Shown here: in pieces, positions 20,439-29,678 of the stretch
How positions within the stretch are numbered: the first letter of the stretch is position 1
Layout of the letters: every line of letters starts with the position of its first letter
Assembly (NCBI GenBank): GCA_965198235.1
Contig: OZ240248.1
Location: 1,408,001-1,472,000 of the forward strand
Direction of reading: 5' to 3'
Length of the DNA stretch: 64,000 nt
From: Candidatus Poribacteria bacterium
Lineage (GTDB): Bacteria > Poribacteria > WGA-4E > WGA-3G
Made by a program: the position numbers and the translations under genes
The notes under the pieces: model-generated
What the model was told of the DNA's origin: nothing
Database searches by the model: none
Seen by the model: only the letters and a program-made list of their open reading frames with translations

Positions 20439-20852
20439 ATGAGCACAAAAGCACATATCATCGACTTTGAGAAGCAAAATCCTATTGACCGGGGAACCGG
20501 TGTGAAAACCGTTCCGTTAGCCGGTAAATGGATTGATTCCACGTCACTCACCAACGGCGTGACAATGTTTGACCCCGGCGCAGCAATCGCACGCCACTAC
20601 CACAACTGCGATGAATCCGTTACAATTCTCGAAGGCGAAGCCTCCTGTGAGGTTGATGGTGAAGTCTTCGCCATGAAAGCTTTTGACACGACATTCGTTC
20701 CGGCGGGCATCCCACATCGGTTTTGGAATGAAAGCGATGCACCCATGAAAATCCTATGGACCTACGCTTCTGTCAGCGTGACCCGCACCTTTACAGAGAC
20801 AGGCGAAACCGTGGAACACTTGTCACCGGGCGATCAGGCGGTTGTCAAATAA
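20439..20852 (+). CDS. Cupin domain protein
   Basis: HYHNCDE and [10 protein letters not shown] cupin motifs. Confidence 0.85.
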   Translation: MSTKAHIIDFEKQNPIDRGTGVKTVPLAGKWIDSTSLTNGVTMFDPGAAIARHYHNCDESVTILEGEASCEVDGEVFAMKAFDTTFVPAGIPHRFWNESDAPMKILWTYASVSVTRTFTETGETVEHLSPGDQAVVK

Positions 20853-20873
20853 CAACGACTGAGGAGACCTAAA

Positions 20874-22112
20874 ATGTCCGTTCAAACCTATATTAAGGAC
20901 AATCAAGCCGCGCTTTGTGCGTTGCTTCAGGAACTCGTCAGGATTCCTACTGTCAACCCACCCGGCGAAAATTATGCCGAAATTGTTGGGCTACTGGACG
21001 CGAAGTGTCAGGCACTGGGAATGCGGACACAGATTGCCGAGGTCCCTACAGAGCGTGCTGAACGGGTTATCCCGAATGCCGAAAGCCATCCGCGGTTGAA
21101 CCTCATCGCCCGTTGGGATGTCGGGGCAGAGAAGACGGTACACTTCAACGCACACTACGATGTCGTCCCCGTTGCAGGGGACTGGCGTTTCGATGATCCA
21201 TTCAGTGGCGAGATTGATGGCGAGTCGCTCTACGGACGTGGGTCCGACGATATGAAGGATGCCATCGCCGCACTCCTATTTGCAATTCAGGCTGTCCAGG
21301 AGACCGGGGCCAAACCGCAGTTCAACATCGAATGTTCTTTCACCTGTGATGAAGAGACCGGCGGAGAGTTAGGCGCAGGGTATATTGTCGAGGAAGGGTT
21401 GGTTCATGCGGATTACGTCGTCAATTGCGAAGGCGGTTCGGAGATGAATATCGGCAACGGGCATAACGGTGTACTCTGGTTAGAAATTGAGGTCCACGGC
21501 AAAGCAGCACACGGGGCACAGCCAGATAAAGGGATAAATGCCTTTGAGAAAGCGGCTGAACTCGTAACAGCACTCCAACGCATTAAACGGAATTTGAAAT
21601 CACCGGAGCGCGCATTTAAACTCAACGATGGCAGCGACCGTTATCCAACGTTAAATATCGGTGGAACATTTCGTGGAACCGATGGCGACAAAGTTAACAC
21701 CGTTCCAGCACGTGTCACGTTCTCGGTTGATCGGCGGATTACGCCAAACGAGGAACTCGAATTTGCCGAACTCGAATTGCGGGAAGCGATTTCCGGAGCC
21801 TGCCAATACTATCCCGATTTGAATGCAGAAGCGCGAGCCATCTTGCGAATCGAACCCTGTTTGACGGATACCGCATCGCCAATAGCACAAGCGTTCGCTG
21901 ACGCAGTGCGCATTGTCCGTTTCAATCAGCCGAGATTTAAAGGCACTACGGGATTTACAGACTTGCACTATTTCGTCAATACAGGCTTGCCGGGAATTGG
22001 CTACGGACCGCGAGGCGAAGGTGGGCACGCCATCAATGAGCGCGTGCATATTCCCGATCTGGTTAGAACCTCCGCTATCTATGCAACCTTCATGACACGC
22101 GCGGAACTATAA
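20874..22112 (+). CDS. M20 family metallohydrolase (ArgE/DapE-like)
   Basis: HYDVVP, GRGSDDMK, DEETGG, GHAINE. Confidence 0.9.
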   Translation: MSVQTYIKDNQAALCALLQELVRIPTVNPPGENYAEIVGLLDAKCQALGMRTQIAEVPTERAERVIPNAESHPRLNLIARWDVGAEKTVHFNAHYDVVPVAGDWRFDDPFSGEIDGESLYGRGSDDMKDAIAALLFAIQAVQETGAKPQFNIECSFTCDEETGGELGAGYIVEEGLVHADYVVNCEGGSEMNIGNGHNGVLWLEIEVHGKAAHGAQPDKGINAFEKAAELVTALQRIKRNLKSPERAFKLNDGSDRYPTLNIGGTFRGTDGDKVNTVPARVTFSVDRRITPNEELEFAELELREAISGACQYYPDLNAEARAILRIEPCLTDTASPIAQAFADAVRIVRFNQPRFKGTTGFTDLHYFVNTGLPGIGYGPRGEGGHAINERVHIPDLVRTSAIYATFMTRAEL

Positions 22113-22249
22113 CCTCGGAGTGAATACAATGCAAAACCAAAACCGGCATCTCCTGGGTTAGTATCTTAGAATGGTATTCGCGTCTTGGATATGTTATTAT
22201 TTTTGTATCGGTTTCATGGATATATCTATTTTGGAGGGAGCTGCTCGTT

Positions 22250-23401
22250 ATGATTGTCAATCGACTTATTGCAAAGAACTGGCGGAATTTTCAAGAGATT
22301 AATGTTCCGCTTAGGGAACGGCAGTTTATCGTTGGCCCAAATGCATCAGGTAAATCCAATCTGCTGGACATCTTTCGCTTTCTCCGCGATATCGCCAAAG
22401 CCGAAGGTGGCGGACTTCAAAAAGCGATCAATGACCGAGGCGGTGTTTCCAAAATCCGGTGCCTGTCCGCGAGGCAAGACCCAGAGGTTGCCATCGAAAT
22501 TCACATCGCGGACACGCCAGATGCACCTGCCACGTGGCGATATAGCGTAGGGTTTCGTCAAGCAGATCATGGGCATTGCCAAACTCATCTCACACATGAA
22601 CGCGTCTGGAGAGAGGGTGAACTCCTTCTTGATAGACCCGATGAAGTCGACAACGAAGATCCAGATCGCCTTACCCAGACCGCACTTGAACAGAATGCTG
22701 CCAACGCGAAGTTTCGAGAGATTGGACGATTTCTTCGTAATGTTACCTACCTCCATCTGGTCCCGCAACTCATCCGTTTTAGGGATGCAATTCAGGGAAG
22801 GATTATTGAAAATGATCCGTTTGGTCAGGGATTTCTTGAAAGAATTGCGAATGTGCACCCAAGCACCCGTCGTTCCCGCCTCAAGAAAATTGAACATACC
22901 CTCAAAATGGCAGTTCCACAGTTTGAAAAATTAGAATTTATTCGTGACAACAGAGGTCGACCCCATTTACAGGCACATTATTCCCACTGGTGTTCAAATG
23001 AAGAAGGGCAGCGCGAAGACCAATTTTCGGATGGAGTGCTTCGACTTATTGGACTCCTATGGTCTCTTCTTGAAAGCGACTCAATAGTATTATTAGAAGA
23101 ACCAGAACTCTCTTTAAACATAGGCATTGTTTCTCAACTTGCGCCTTCTATTTCTCGCCTGCGAAAAAGTCGAGGATCTCAGGTGTTAGTTAGCACGCAC
23201 AGTGATGCACTTCTTAAGGAACCGGGCATTGATAGTAGGGAAGTTCTATTACTCATGCCTGCCAAAGAAGGAACAGCAGTTATGCCTTCCTCTGATTTTC
23301 ATGAAGTTGCTACACTTCTTGAGAATGGATTTACAATCGGTGAAGTTGTGATTCCACGAACTCGACCAGAAAATGCTGAACAGTTGAGCTTATTAGAATG
23401 A
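22250..23401 (+). CDS. AAA_21-type ABC-like ATPase
   Basis: GPNASGKS, FSDG, LLEEPE, STHS. Confidence 0.85.
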   Translation: MIVNRLIAKNWRNFQEINVPLRERQFIVGPNASGKSNLLDIFRFLRDIAKAEGGGLQKAINDRGGVSKIRCLSARQDPEVAIEIHIADTPDAPATWRYSVGFRQADHGHCQTHLTHERVWREGELLLDRPDEVDNEDPDRLTQTALEQNAANAKFREIGRFLRNVTYLHLVPQLIRFRDAIQGRIIENDPFGQGFLERIANVHPSTRRSRLKKIEHTLKMAVPQFEKLEFIRDNRGRPHLQAHYSHWCSNEEGQREDQFSDGVLRLIGLLWSLLESDSIVLLEEPELSLNIGIVSQLAPSISRLRKSRGSQVLVSTHSDALLKEPGIDSREVLLLMPAKEGTAVMPSSDFHEVATLLENGFTIGEVVIPRTRPENAEQLSLLE

Positions 23402-24009
23402 TATTAAACAGTGTAATCCTTGCAGTTGAGGATGAACTCGGCGAGGCAATTTCGACTAAAATTCTAAATAGTTTTGGTATTGAAATCAGAATCGTACTCA
23501 GAGAAGGTGGAAATGCTTACCTTCGACAAAAAGCACCCGAACTCAACATATCTGCCAGCGGGATGGATATTTTTCTGTTGACCGATTTAGATTCGCCCGA
23601 AGATTGTCCTCCGGGGCTTATTCGCTCATGGATTAAAGGCACTCTCAATCCAAAGTTTTTCTTTCGAGTGGCAGTTATGGAGGTTGAATCATGGCTTATG
23701 GCAGATCGGGCGGGATTCGCAAACTTTTTATCAATACCCATCCATCGTATTCCGTCTCCTACAGACGATATCCTTAAGCCTAAAGAATACCTTGTTTCGC
23801 TGGCACGGAGAAGTAAAAAAAGAAGATTACGGGACGAACTGGTTCCCGAACCCGGAGCAAAAATCCCAGTAGGTTATGGATATAACACCCGTTTGATGGA
23901 ATTTGTCCGAGACTACTGGGACTTGGAACGCGCTGCAGTTACCTCTCCAAGTCTAAAACGAACATTGGACCGACTTGATCAGGAAAAGAATTCGGGTGCT
24001 AAGCAGTGA
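23398..24009 (+). CDS. DUF4276-like (TOPRIM-related) ATPase partner
   Basis: AVED, LTDLD, EVESWLMAD, SPSL; ATGA overlap with the ATPase. Confidence 0.7.
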   Translation: MILNSVILAVEDELGEAISTKILNSFGIEIRIVLREGGNAYLRQKAPELNISASGMDIFLLTDLDSPEDCPPGLIRSWIKGTLNPKFFFRVAVMEVESWLMADRAGFANFLSIPIHRIPSPTDDILKPKEYLVSLARRSKKRRLRDELVPEPGAKIPVGYGYNTRLMEFVRDYWDLERAAVTSPSLKRTLDRLDQEKNSGAKQ

Positions 24010-24311
24010 ACAAAAAATTCCAACGTCACATTGAAAACTTTACCTGTGTACATTGTGGTGCCTCCGTCAAGGGGAACGGCTACACCAATCACTGTCCAGA
24101 GTGCCTCTGGAGCCGGCATGTTGACGTGAATCCTGGCGACCGCTCCGCATCCTGTCGCAGTTTGATGGAACCGATAGGCTTTACTATAAAACACGGCGAT
24201 TATATCCTTACCCATCGCTGCACGACGTGTGGTGTAGAAAAAAAGAATAAAACATCAAGAAATGACAACTTTGAGGCGATCCTTAGCCTACAGGGAGAGT
24301 TAAATGTCTAA
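24006..24311 (+). CDS. RNHCP domain zinc-binding protein
   Basis: FTCVHCG, TNHCPECLWSRHVD, PGDR, HRCTTCG. Confidence 0.8.
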   Translation: MNKKFQRHIENFTCVHCGASVKGNGYTNHCPECLWSRHVDVNPGDRSASCRSLMEPIGFTIKHGDYILTHRCTTCGVEKKNKTSRNDNFEAILSLQGELNV

Positions 24312-25206
24312 ACAAAGAATCCTTGCAATCGCGTCTATCTGTATTGCTGCTATCGCTGCTATCGTTCTGGCAATAATACTCTATTCAACCTCAGGCAAAC
24401 TCAAGCAGACGCAAGCGGAACTGGCTGCCACCAATGTCACCTTGCAGAGAACTGAGACCGCCAAAACCGATTTAGAAAAGAAGTTAACTGAAACCCAGAC
24501 CACGCTGGAGGAAACGCTTTCAGAACTCAGCCAAACGCAGGAGATATTGCAGGATGCCAGCGAAGCCGCTCGAAAAATTGCTGCCGAACGGAACGCGCTT
24601 CAACAGGACAAAGATGCACTTGAACGCGAAAAAGAGAATCTCCGCGCAAAACTGACCGAGATTGAATCGGAGTTACAACGGATTCGGGTACAATCACAGC
24701 GTTCAATTGCTGCTATCCAAGACAAATTTAAGGATACAGTCGGTGCGGTGTTAGATGACGCAGGACGGTTAAAACTTGATGTCAAAGGGAAAATTCTGTT
24801 TGAAACAGGCAGTGCGATCCTGAGTACAGAGGGGAAGGCACTTCTTGATGCGATTGCTAAGGAAGTCCTACTAAATACGAATTATGCAGATTATGCAGTG
24901 CGGGTTGAGGGACATACTGACAACGCACCTATTGGCGGTTCCCAACTCCGAAACTGGAACCTCTCAACCGAACGTGCAATCGCTGCCGTGAAATACCTGC
25001 AGACGCATGCTAAAGTCGATGCCCAACGTTTGGCGGCGACAGGATACGCTTTCTACCAACCGATAGATACTGCCGACACACCTGAAGCGAAAGCCAAAAA
25101 TCGGAGAATCGAAATTATACTCGTGCCACCTCAAGATTTCTTATCCGAATTGATGACATCTCTCCAAAAAGTGATGGAATCTATTGAGACGAAGGAGTCT
25201 GAGTAG
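24304..25206 (+). CDS. Membrane-anchored coiled-coil OmpA/MotB-domain protein
   Basis: N-terminal TM, coiled coil, LFETGSA, VEGHTD, NWNLSTERA, NRRIEI. Confidence 0.85.
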   Translation: MSKQRILAIASICIAAIAAIVLAIILYSTSGKLKQTQAELAATNVTLQRTETAKTDLEKKLTETQTTLEETLSELSQTQEILQDASEAARKIAAERNALQQDKDALEREKENLRAKLTEIESELQRIRVQSQRSIAAIQDKFKDTVGAVLDDAGRLKLDVKGKILFETGSAILSTEGKALLDAIAKEVLLNTNYADYAVRVEGHTDNAPIGGSQLRNWNLSTERAIAAVKYLQTHAKVDAQRLAATGYAFYQPIDTADTPEAKAKNRRIEIILVPPQDFLSELMTSLQKVMESIETKESE

Positions 25207-25242
25207 TGCTTTGTCAAGTTTCACCTTATAGTGATCCTGTTT

Positions 25243-25304
25243 GTAGGGGCAATTCATTGCCCGTTTCTCTCACTGCGAGGCGGTGCGATAAATCGCACTA
25301 CTAC
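25243..25304. repeat. Inverted pair of GTAG-headed REP hairpins between convergent genes
   Basis: GTAGGGGCAAT-TC-ATTGCCC and, on the minus strand, GTAGTAGTGCGAT-TT-ATCGCAC. Confidence 0.7.
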
Positions 25305-25387
25305 GAACCTACCCTAAAATTCAAGTTGGATAGAGCAGTAGTTTCGACATCCTCTTTTGAGTGGGACTTACCGGTTTCCAAAACTTA

Positions 25388-26263
25388 CTATTTAGAACCC
25401 CCTGAAACCGCGCGCTTTGCTTCAATAGCAAGTTCTGTCGCACGTTTAACCAACCGTCTGGTCTCATCAATCTGTTCCAGCAGTTGCGCATTCGTCCACG
25501 AGACTGCAGCAAGATACCGTAGTTCGTCGGGATTGTTTAGAGTCTCAGCCCCCAGTGCAATCTGCAGTCCGCTTGAGGTGGTATAGCGCATGCCGGCGTT
25601 TACATCGGCTCCATCAAATTCCAAACTCATTGTGATGTCGCCTCGTGCAAAAGCGGGTTGGAATTCCTTGCTCAAACCCATGAAGAAACCTAATGGGTGT
25701 TCTTCAAACGCAAACCGTTGTGCACCAACACCGATATGACCGGAGAATTGGTGGATCCGCGGCAGATTGAACGTTTTACTGGCTGCCAGAAACGGCGACG
25801 GACTCTGGCTGTCTACTGAGTCTGTGGTGAGAATCCCATCACCGAGATATTCAACACCAATTGCGATACTTGGAATTGCACTAACTTCTTGCTCTTTTAA
25901 GAGTTGCACCTTCAAACCCACAGCCTGCTCAGTGGAAAGTTCACCCCCATACTTGTTCCACCCATACTCGTTCCACACATGCCCCAACCCTACTTCAACC
26001 CTATCGAATAATCCGAAGTTAAGGTAGAAACAGCTTGTAGCCGCGAGATGGCCTACGATGACATCATACGAGATTTGTGTCTCATCTATTCGGGCAGCAA
26101 CATAGGTACCTACCGCGAATACGCCGTGTTCCAGCACGGCACCGGTTGGAATATTCACCAATCCACTCCCTGTAAATATTTGACCTTTAGCGGAGCCCGA
26201 TGCCGTTGGGGATGCAAAAACGAGCAGAAAAAATAAAAACAGGTGTTTTCCCATAGATGTCAC
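25388..26263 (-). CDS. Exported YjbH-like beta-barrel protein
   Basis: Signal peptide, GLVNIPTG motif, alternating beta strands. Confidence 0.6.
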   Translation of the reverse strand: MTSMGKHLFLFFLLVFASPTASGSAKGQIFTGSGLVNIPTGAVLEHGVFAVGTYVAARIDETQISYDVIVGHLAATSCFYLNFGLFDRVEVGLGHVWNEYGWNKYGGELSTEQAVGLKVQLLKEQEVSAIPSIAIGVEYLGDGILTTDSVDSQSPSPFLAASKTFNLPRIHQFSGHIGVGAQRFAFEEHPLGFFMGLSKEFQPAFARGDITMSLEFDGADVNAGMRYTTSSGLQIALGAETLNNPDELRYLAAVSWTNAQLLEQIDETRRLVKRATELAIEAKRAVSGGSK

Positions 26264-26949
26264 CCCATGTACCGAATACCGGAAGGCGTACCGATGATGA
26301 TTTTGTCGGCGCGATTGACAAAGATCCCATTCTCCACGACACCAGGAATATTGTTCAGTTGCAACTCAGTCTCTTTCGGGGCGGGAATCCCATCAAAGCG
26401 GCAATCAAGGATATAATTGCCGTTGTCAGTAATCAGCGGGTGTTGATTCCCGTCCTGAGCAGGTGCAAGGCGCAATGTTGATTTTCCACAAATCCGATCG
26501 ACCTCTGTTTGTGTTGCCTCCCATCCGAACCGAACAATTTCCACAGGAAGCGGAAAGATCGTGCCGAGGATGCGTGATACCTTGCTTTCATCGACAATAA
26601 TCAATATCTCTTTGGATGCATTGGCGATGATTTTTTCTCTAACAAGTGCTGCACCGCCACCTTTGATCAGGTTGAGGTGTGCGTCAACTTCGTCGGCACC
26701 GTCGATCGTCAGATCGATACTCGGATGCGTCGCGAGCGTCGCGAGGGGTATCTGTTGTGCTGTCGCAATTTTTTCGGTGCCGGCAGAGGTGGGGATGCCG
26801 ACGATGTCAAGTCCTTCCTGCACCATCGCACCAAATTTCAAGAGCGCATAGTAAACTGTAGAACCTGTCCCTAATCCGATAACCATACCCGACCGGACGC
26901 TCTCTGTCGCTTTTTCCGCGGCAATTTTTTTCTGATTTTCTGTGTTCAT
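26260..26949 (-). CDS. rpiA: Ribose-5-phosphate isomerase A
   Basis: GLGTGST, DGADEVD, KGGGAAL, PGVVENG. Confidence 0.95.
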   Translation of the reverse strand: MNTENQKKIAAEKATESVRSGMVIGLGTGSTVYYALLKFGAMVQEGLDIVGIPTSAGTEKIATAQQIPLATLATHPSIDLTIDGADEVDAHLNLIKGGGAALVREKIIANASKEILIIVDESKVSRILGTIFPLPVEIVRFGWEATQTEVDRICGKSTLRLAPAQDGNQHPLITDNGNYILDCRFDGIPAPKETELQLNNIPGVVENGIFVNRADKIIIGTPSGIRYMG

Positions 26950-27006
26950 GATGCATATAAGTTTACCAGAAAATCCTCTTGAAATCAAGCGGTAATCCAG
27001 TCTTCG

Positions 27007-27070
27007 GTAGGAGGGATCTCCGAATCCCGACTCTTACTGACGGCTGACAGCCGATTGCTGATGGCTGACT
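27007..27070 (+). repeat. GTAG REP followed by (GCTGACG/GCTGATG)-type heptamer arm
   Basis: GTAGGAGGGATCTCCGAATCCCGA (close to 29467-29490) then CTGACGGCTGACAGCCGATTGCTGATGGCTGAC. Confidence 0.7.
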
Positions 27071-27075
27071 CCGAT

Positions 27076-27104
27076 TTGACTTATTTCGCGGATTCTGGTA
27101 AAAT
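27076..27104 (+). promoter_or_regulatory. Sigma70 promoter, probably leaderless transcript
   Basis: TTGACT-17-TAAAAT with TG extension; ATG 7 nt after the -10, no SD. Confidence 0.65.
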
Positions 27105-27111
27105 AACCGTT

Positions 27112-28098
27112 ATGAGGAATAAGATTCGCCATGGTCAACTGGTAGTTGGGCAATTAGTCGCCGAACCCGGAACCCGAATAGAAGGACATATCAAGGTCGG
27201 CAGTATGCCCGACGGAACGGCTGTCCGACTGCCTGTTGTGCTAATCAATGGGAGGTACCCCGGCAAAACACTCTACATCCAAGCGATTAGCGACGGAGAT
27301 GAACTCAACGGAATCGCCGTTATTCACAAAGTACTCTGCACGATCGCACCAGAGCAATTGTATGGGAAGATTATTGCTGTACCGCTCGTCAACTTCCACG
27401 CGTTTCACACGAAACAGGCACTGAACCCCGTAGACAACCGCAAAATGAACCGCTGTTTTCCGGGTAGGCGCGACGGTACGTCAAGCGAACGGATCGCCTA
27501 TCATCTTTTTCGGCGCGCTATCCAGCAAGCCGATTACTGTCTCGACCTGCACCAAGGTGGCGTACATCCGATGATCGACGAGGTCCGCGTACGCGTTGAC
27601 GAAAAACACGCACTTCATGGGGCATGCCTTGAACTCGCACGCGTCTTCGGCATAGGACATATTCTCAATCAGAAGGGACCGGAAGGACAACTTGCTCAAG
27701 CAGCACCAGAGGTCGGCATTCCAACGATTGACCCTGAATTAGGTGGCACCCACGGATGGGATGCAGAGAGCATCGAAAAGGGTCTGCGCGGCGTGCTCAA
27801 TGTACTACAATATTATAAATTCATTGCCGGAACACCCCAAATTCCTGACCGCCAGATCGTTGTCAAACAATTTGTACCCGTCCTCAGCAATGAAGGCGGA
27901 TTCGTCTATTACAAAGCGGAATTGTATGAACAACTTGCGATGTATCAACCTGTAGCAGACATCTGCGATGTGTTTGGCAATGTGCGGGAGTCCATCCGTG
28001 CGCCAGTCGATGGTGTTTTCTGGGCAAAACCCATCTATCCAATGGTCGCGAGCGGTGGTATCGTCGGCAAAATCGGCACACCGATCGAATATCTCTAA
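27112..28098 (+). CDS. Succinylglutamate desuccinylase/aspartoacylase family protein
   Basis: DGDELNG, MNRCFPG, DLHQG, ELGG. Confidence 0.85.
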   Translation: MRNKIRHGQLVVGQLVAEPGTRIEGHIKVGSMPDGTAVRLPVVLINGRYPGKTLYIQAISDGDELNGIAVIHKVLCTIAPEQLYGKIIAVPLVNFHAFHTKQALNPVDNRKMNRCFPGRRDGTSSERIAYHLFRRAIQQADYCLDLHQGGVHPMIDEVRVRVDEKHALHGACLELARVFGIGHILNQKGPEGQLAQAAPEVGIPTIDPELGGTHGWDAESIEKGLRGVLNVLQYYKFIAGTPQIPDRQIVVKQFVPVLSNEGGFVYYKAELYEQLAMYQPVADICDVFGNVRESIRAPVDGVFWAKPIYPMVASGGIVGKIGTPIEYL

Positions 28099-28130
28099 AG
28101 ATTACTGCATCTTTATGAGGAGGGAATGGC

Positions 28131-29438
28131 TTGCATAAGCAGAATCGCGAAGCTTTTATCGAAAAAATGGGACGTGGAGGGGTCGCTATCTTCGCCAGTA
28201 CACCCCCCGCAATATGGAACCACGACACCGAGTATAATTATCGTCCGGATCCGAATTTTTATTACCTTACGGGGTTTGAAGAACCGGAGTCGATCTGCGT
28301 CATCGCGCCCGATCATCCGAAACATCAGTATATTCTGTTCGTTCGTCCGAAAGATAAACAGGCGGAAATCTGGAACGGTAAGCGCGTCGGCGTTAAGGAC
28401 GCTCGTAAACGCTACGGTGCGGATAAAGCCTATCCGATAGAGAAATTTAGTGAGAAAATCGGGAGATACCTACAGGGTGCTGAGCGGCTTTATTATACCC
28501 TCGGTTCCAATCAGGATGTTGACAGCGAAATTCTCGCGCGCTTCACGCGGTCCGTCAGATCACGAATCCGATCCGGGAAGGGGTTTGATACGCTTGTCGA
28601 TCCGAGCCCTATTCTCAGTGAATTGCGGTTAATCAAAAATGAGACCGAACTGCAGCGCACCCGACTGGCGACGGAGATTACCGTAGCCGGTCACGTCGCC
28701 GCGATGAAGGCGGTTCGCCCAGGGCTATATGAATACGAACTGGAGGCTCTTGTTGAATCCACGTTCCGTATGAATGGTGCGAATGATATAGCCTTTCCCA
28801 CTATCGTTGCGAGTGGTGGAAACGCGACCACGCTCCACTACACAACAAATGACTGCCGGATTGAAGACGAAACGCTCGTGCTCATTGACGCAGGCGCGGA
28901 ATACGGTCGGTACTCTGGTGATGTGACCCGTACTTTCCCCGCAAACGGCACCTTCACCGAAGCGCAAAGAGAAATTTATCAGATTGTTCTTGCAGCGCAC
29001 TATGCCATTATTGATTCTATCCGTCCAGGGGTTTCTATTGACGAACCGCACCAAAAATCGATTGAGTTGTTGACGGAAGGGATGCTCAGTCTTGGTCTTC
29101 TCAAGGGGAAAGCACGGAAATTAATAAAGAAAGAGGCATACCGGCAGTTTTACATGTACCGAATCGGACACATGCTCGGATTAGATGTCCACGATGTCAA
29201 TTGTGTCCACGAACCCAGCGGTGATTTCAAAACCTTCCAACCCGGAATGGTGATGACAATTGAACCCGGACTCTACGTCGCTGCGGATACAAAAGATGTC
29301 CCACCGGCGTATCTCGGCATCGGTGTCCGCATAGAGGACGATATCCTCGTCACTGAGACCGGTTGTGAAGTCCTGACAGACGATGTCCCGAAAGAGATTG
29401 ATGAAGTCGAAGCACTTGTACAAAAAACAAAGTGGTAG
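28131..29438 (+). CDS. pepP: Xaa-Pro aminopeptidase
   Basis: FYYLTGFEEP, DAGAE, DVTRT, GHMLGLDVHD, TIEPGLY, GVRIEDD. Confidence 0.9.
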   Translation: MHKQNREAFIEKMGRGGVAIFASTPPAIWNHDTEYNYRPDPNFYYLTGFEEPESICVIAPDHPKHQYILFVRPKDKQAEIWNGKRVGVKDARKRYGADKAYPIEKFSEKIGRYLQGAERLYYTLGSNQDVDSEILARFTRSVRSRIRSGKGFDTLVDPSPILSELRLIKNETELQRTRLATEITVAGHVAAMKAVRPGLYEYELEALVESTFRMNGANDIAFPTIVASGGNATTLHYTTNDCRIEDETLVLIDAGAEYGRYSGDVTRTFPANGTFTEAQREIYQIVLAAHYAIIDSIRPGVSIDEPHQKSIELLTEGMLSLGLLKGKARKLIKKEAYRQFYMYRIGHMLGLDVHDVNCVHEPSGDFKTFQPGMVMTIEPGLYVAADTKDVPPAYLGIGVRIEDDILVTETGCEVLTDDVPKEIDEVEALVQKTKW

Positions 29439-29466
29439 ACACACTCCAGAGGCATTCAGTTCTCCT

Positions 29467-29523
29467 GTAGGAGGGAACTCCGATTCCCGACATATCCCAG
29501 TAGGAGCGATTTGCAACCGCTCC
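29467..29523 (+). repeat. Two tandem GTAG-headed REP hairpins
   Basis: GTAGGAGGGAACTCCGATTCCCGA and GTAGGAGCGATTTGCAACCGCTCC. Confidence 0.7.
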
Positions 29524-29678
29524 GGGCATTGAAAAGGGGTATTCAAACGCCAGACAATCCAATAAATTTTTTTAAACTGAATGGCTCTGGGCACGCTCCG
29601 TATAGCCTTTCATATCTAAGACCTTTATAGTAAAATCTGAATTCTTAGTTAAAACACAAGGCTTTTCAAACGACAAAA

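Noticed and set aside
24304-25206. Flagellar motB or Zorya zorB
   Set aside because: No motA/zorA partner adjacent; called only as an OmpA/MotB-domain protein.
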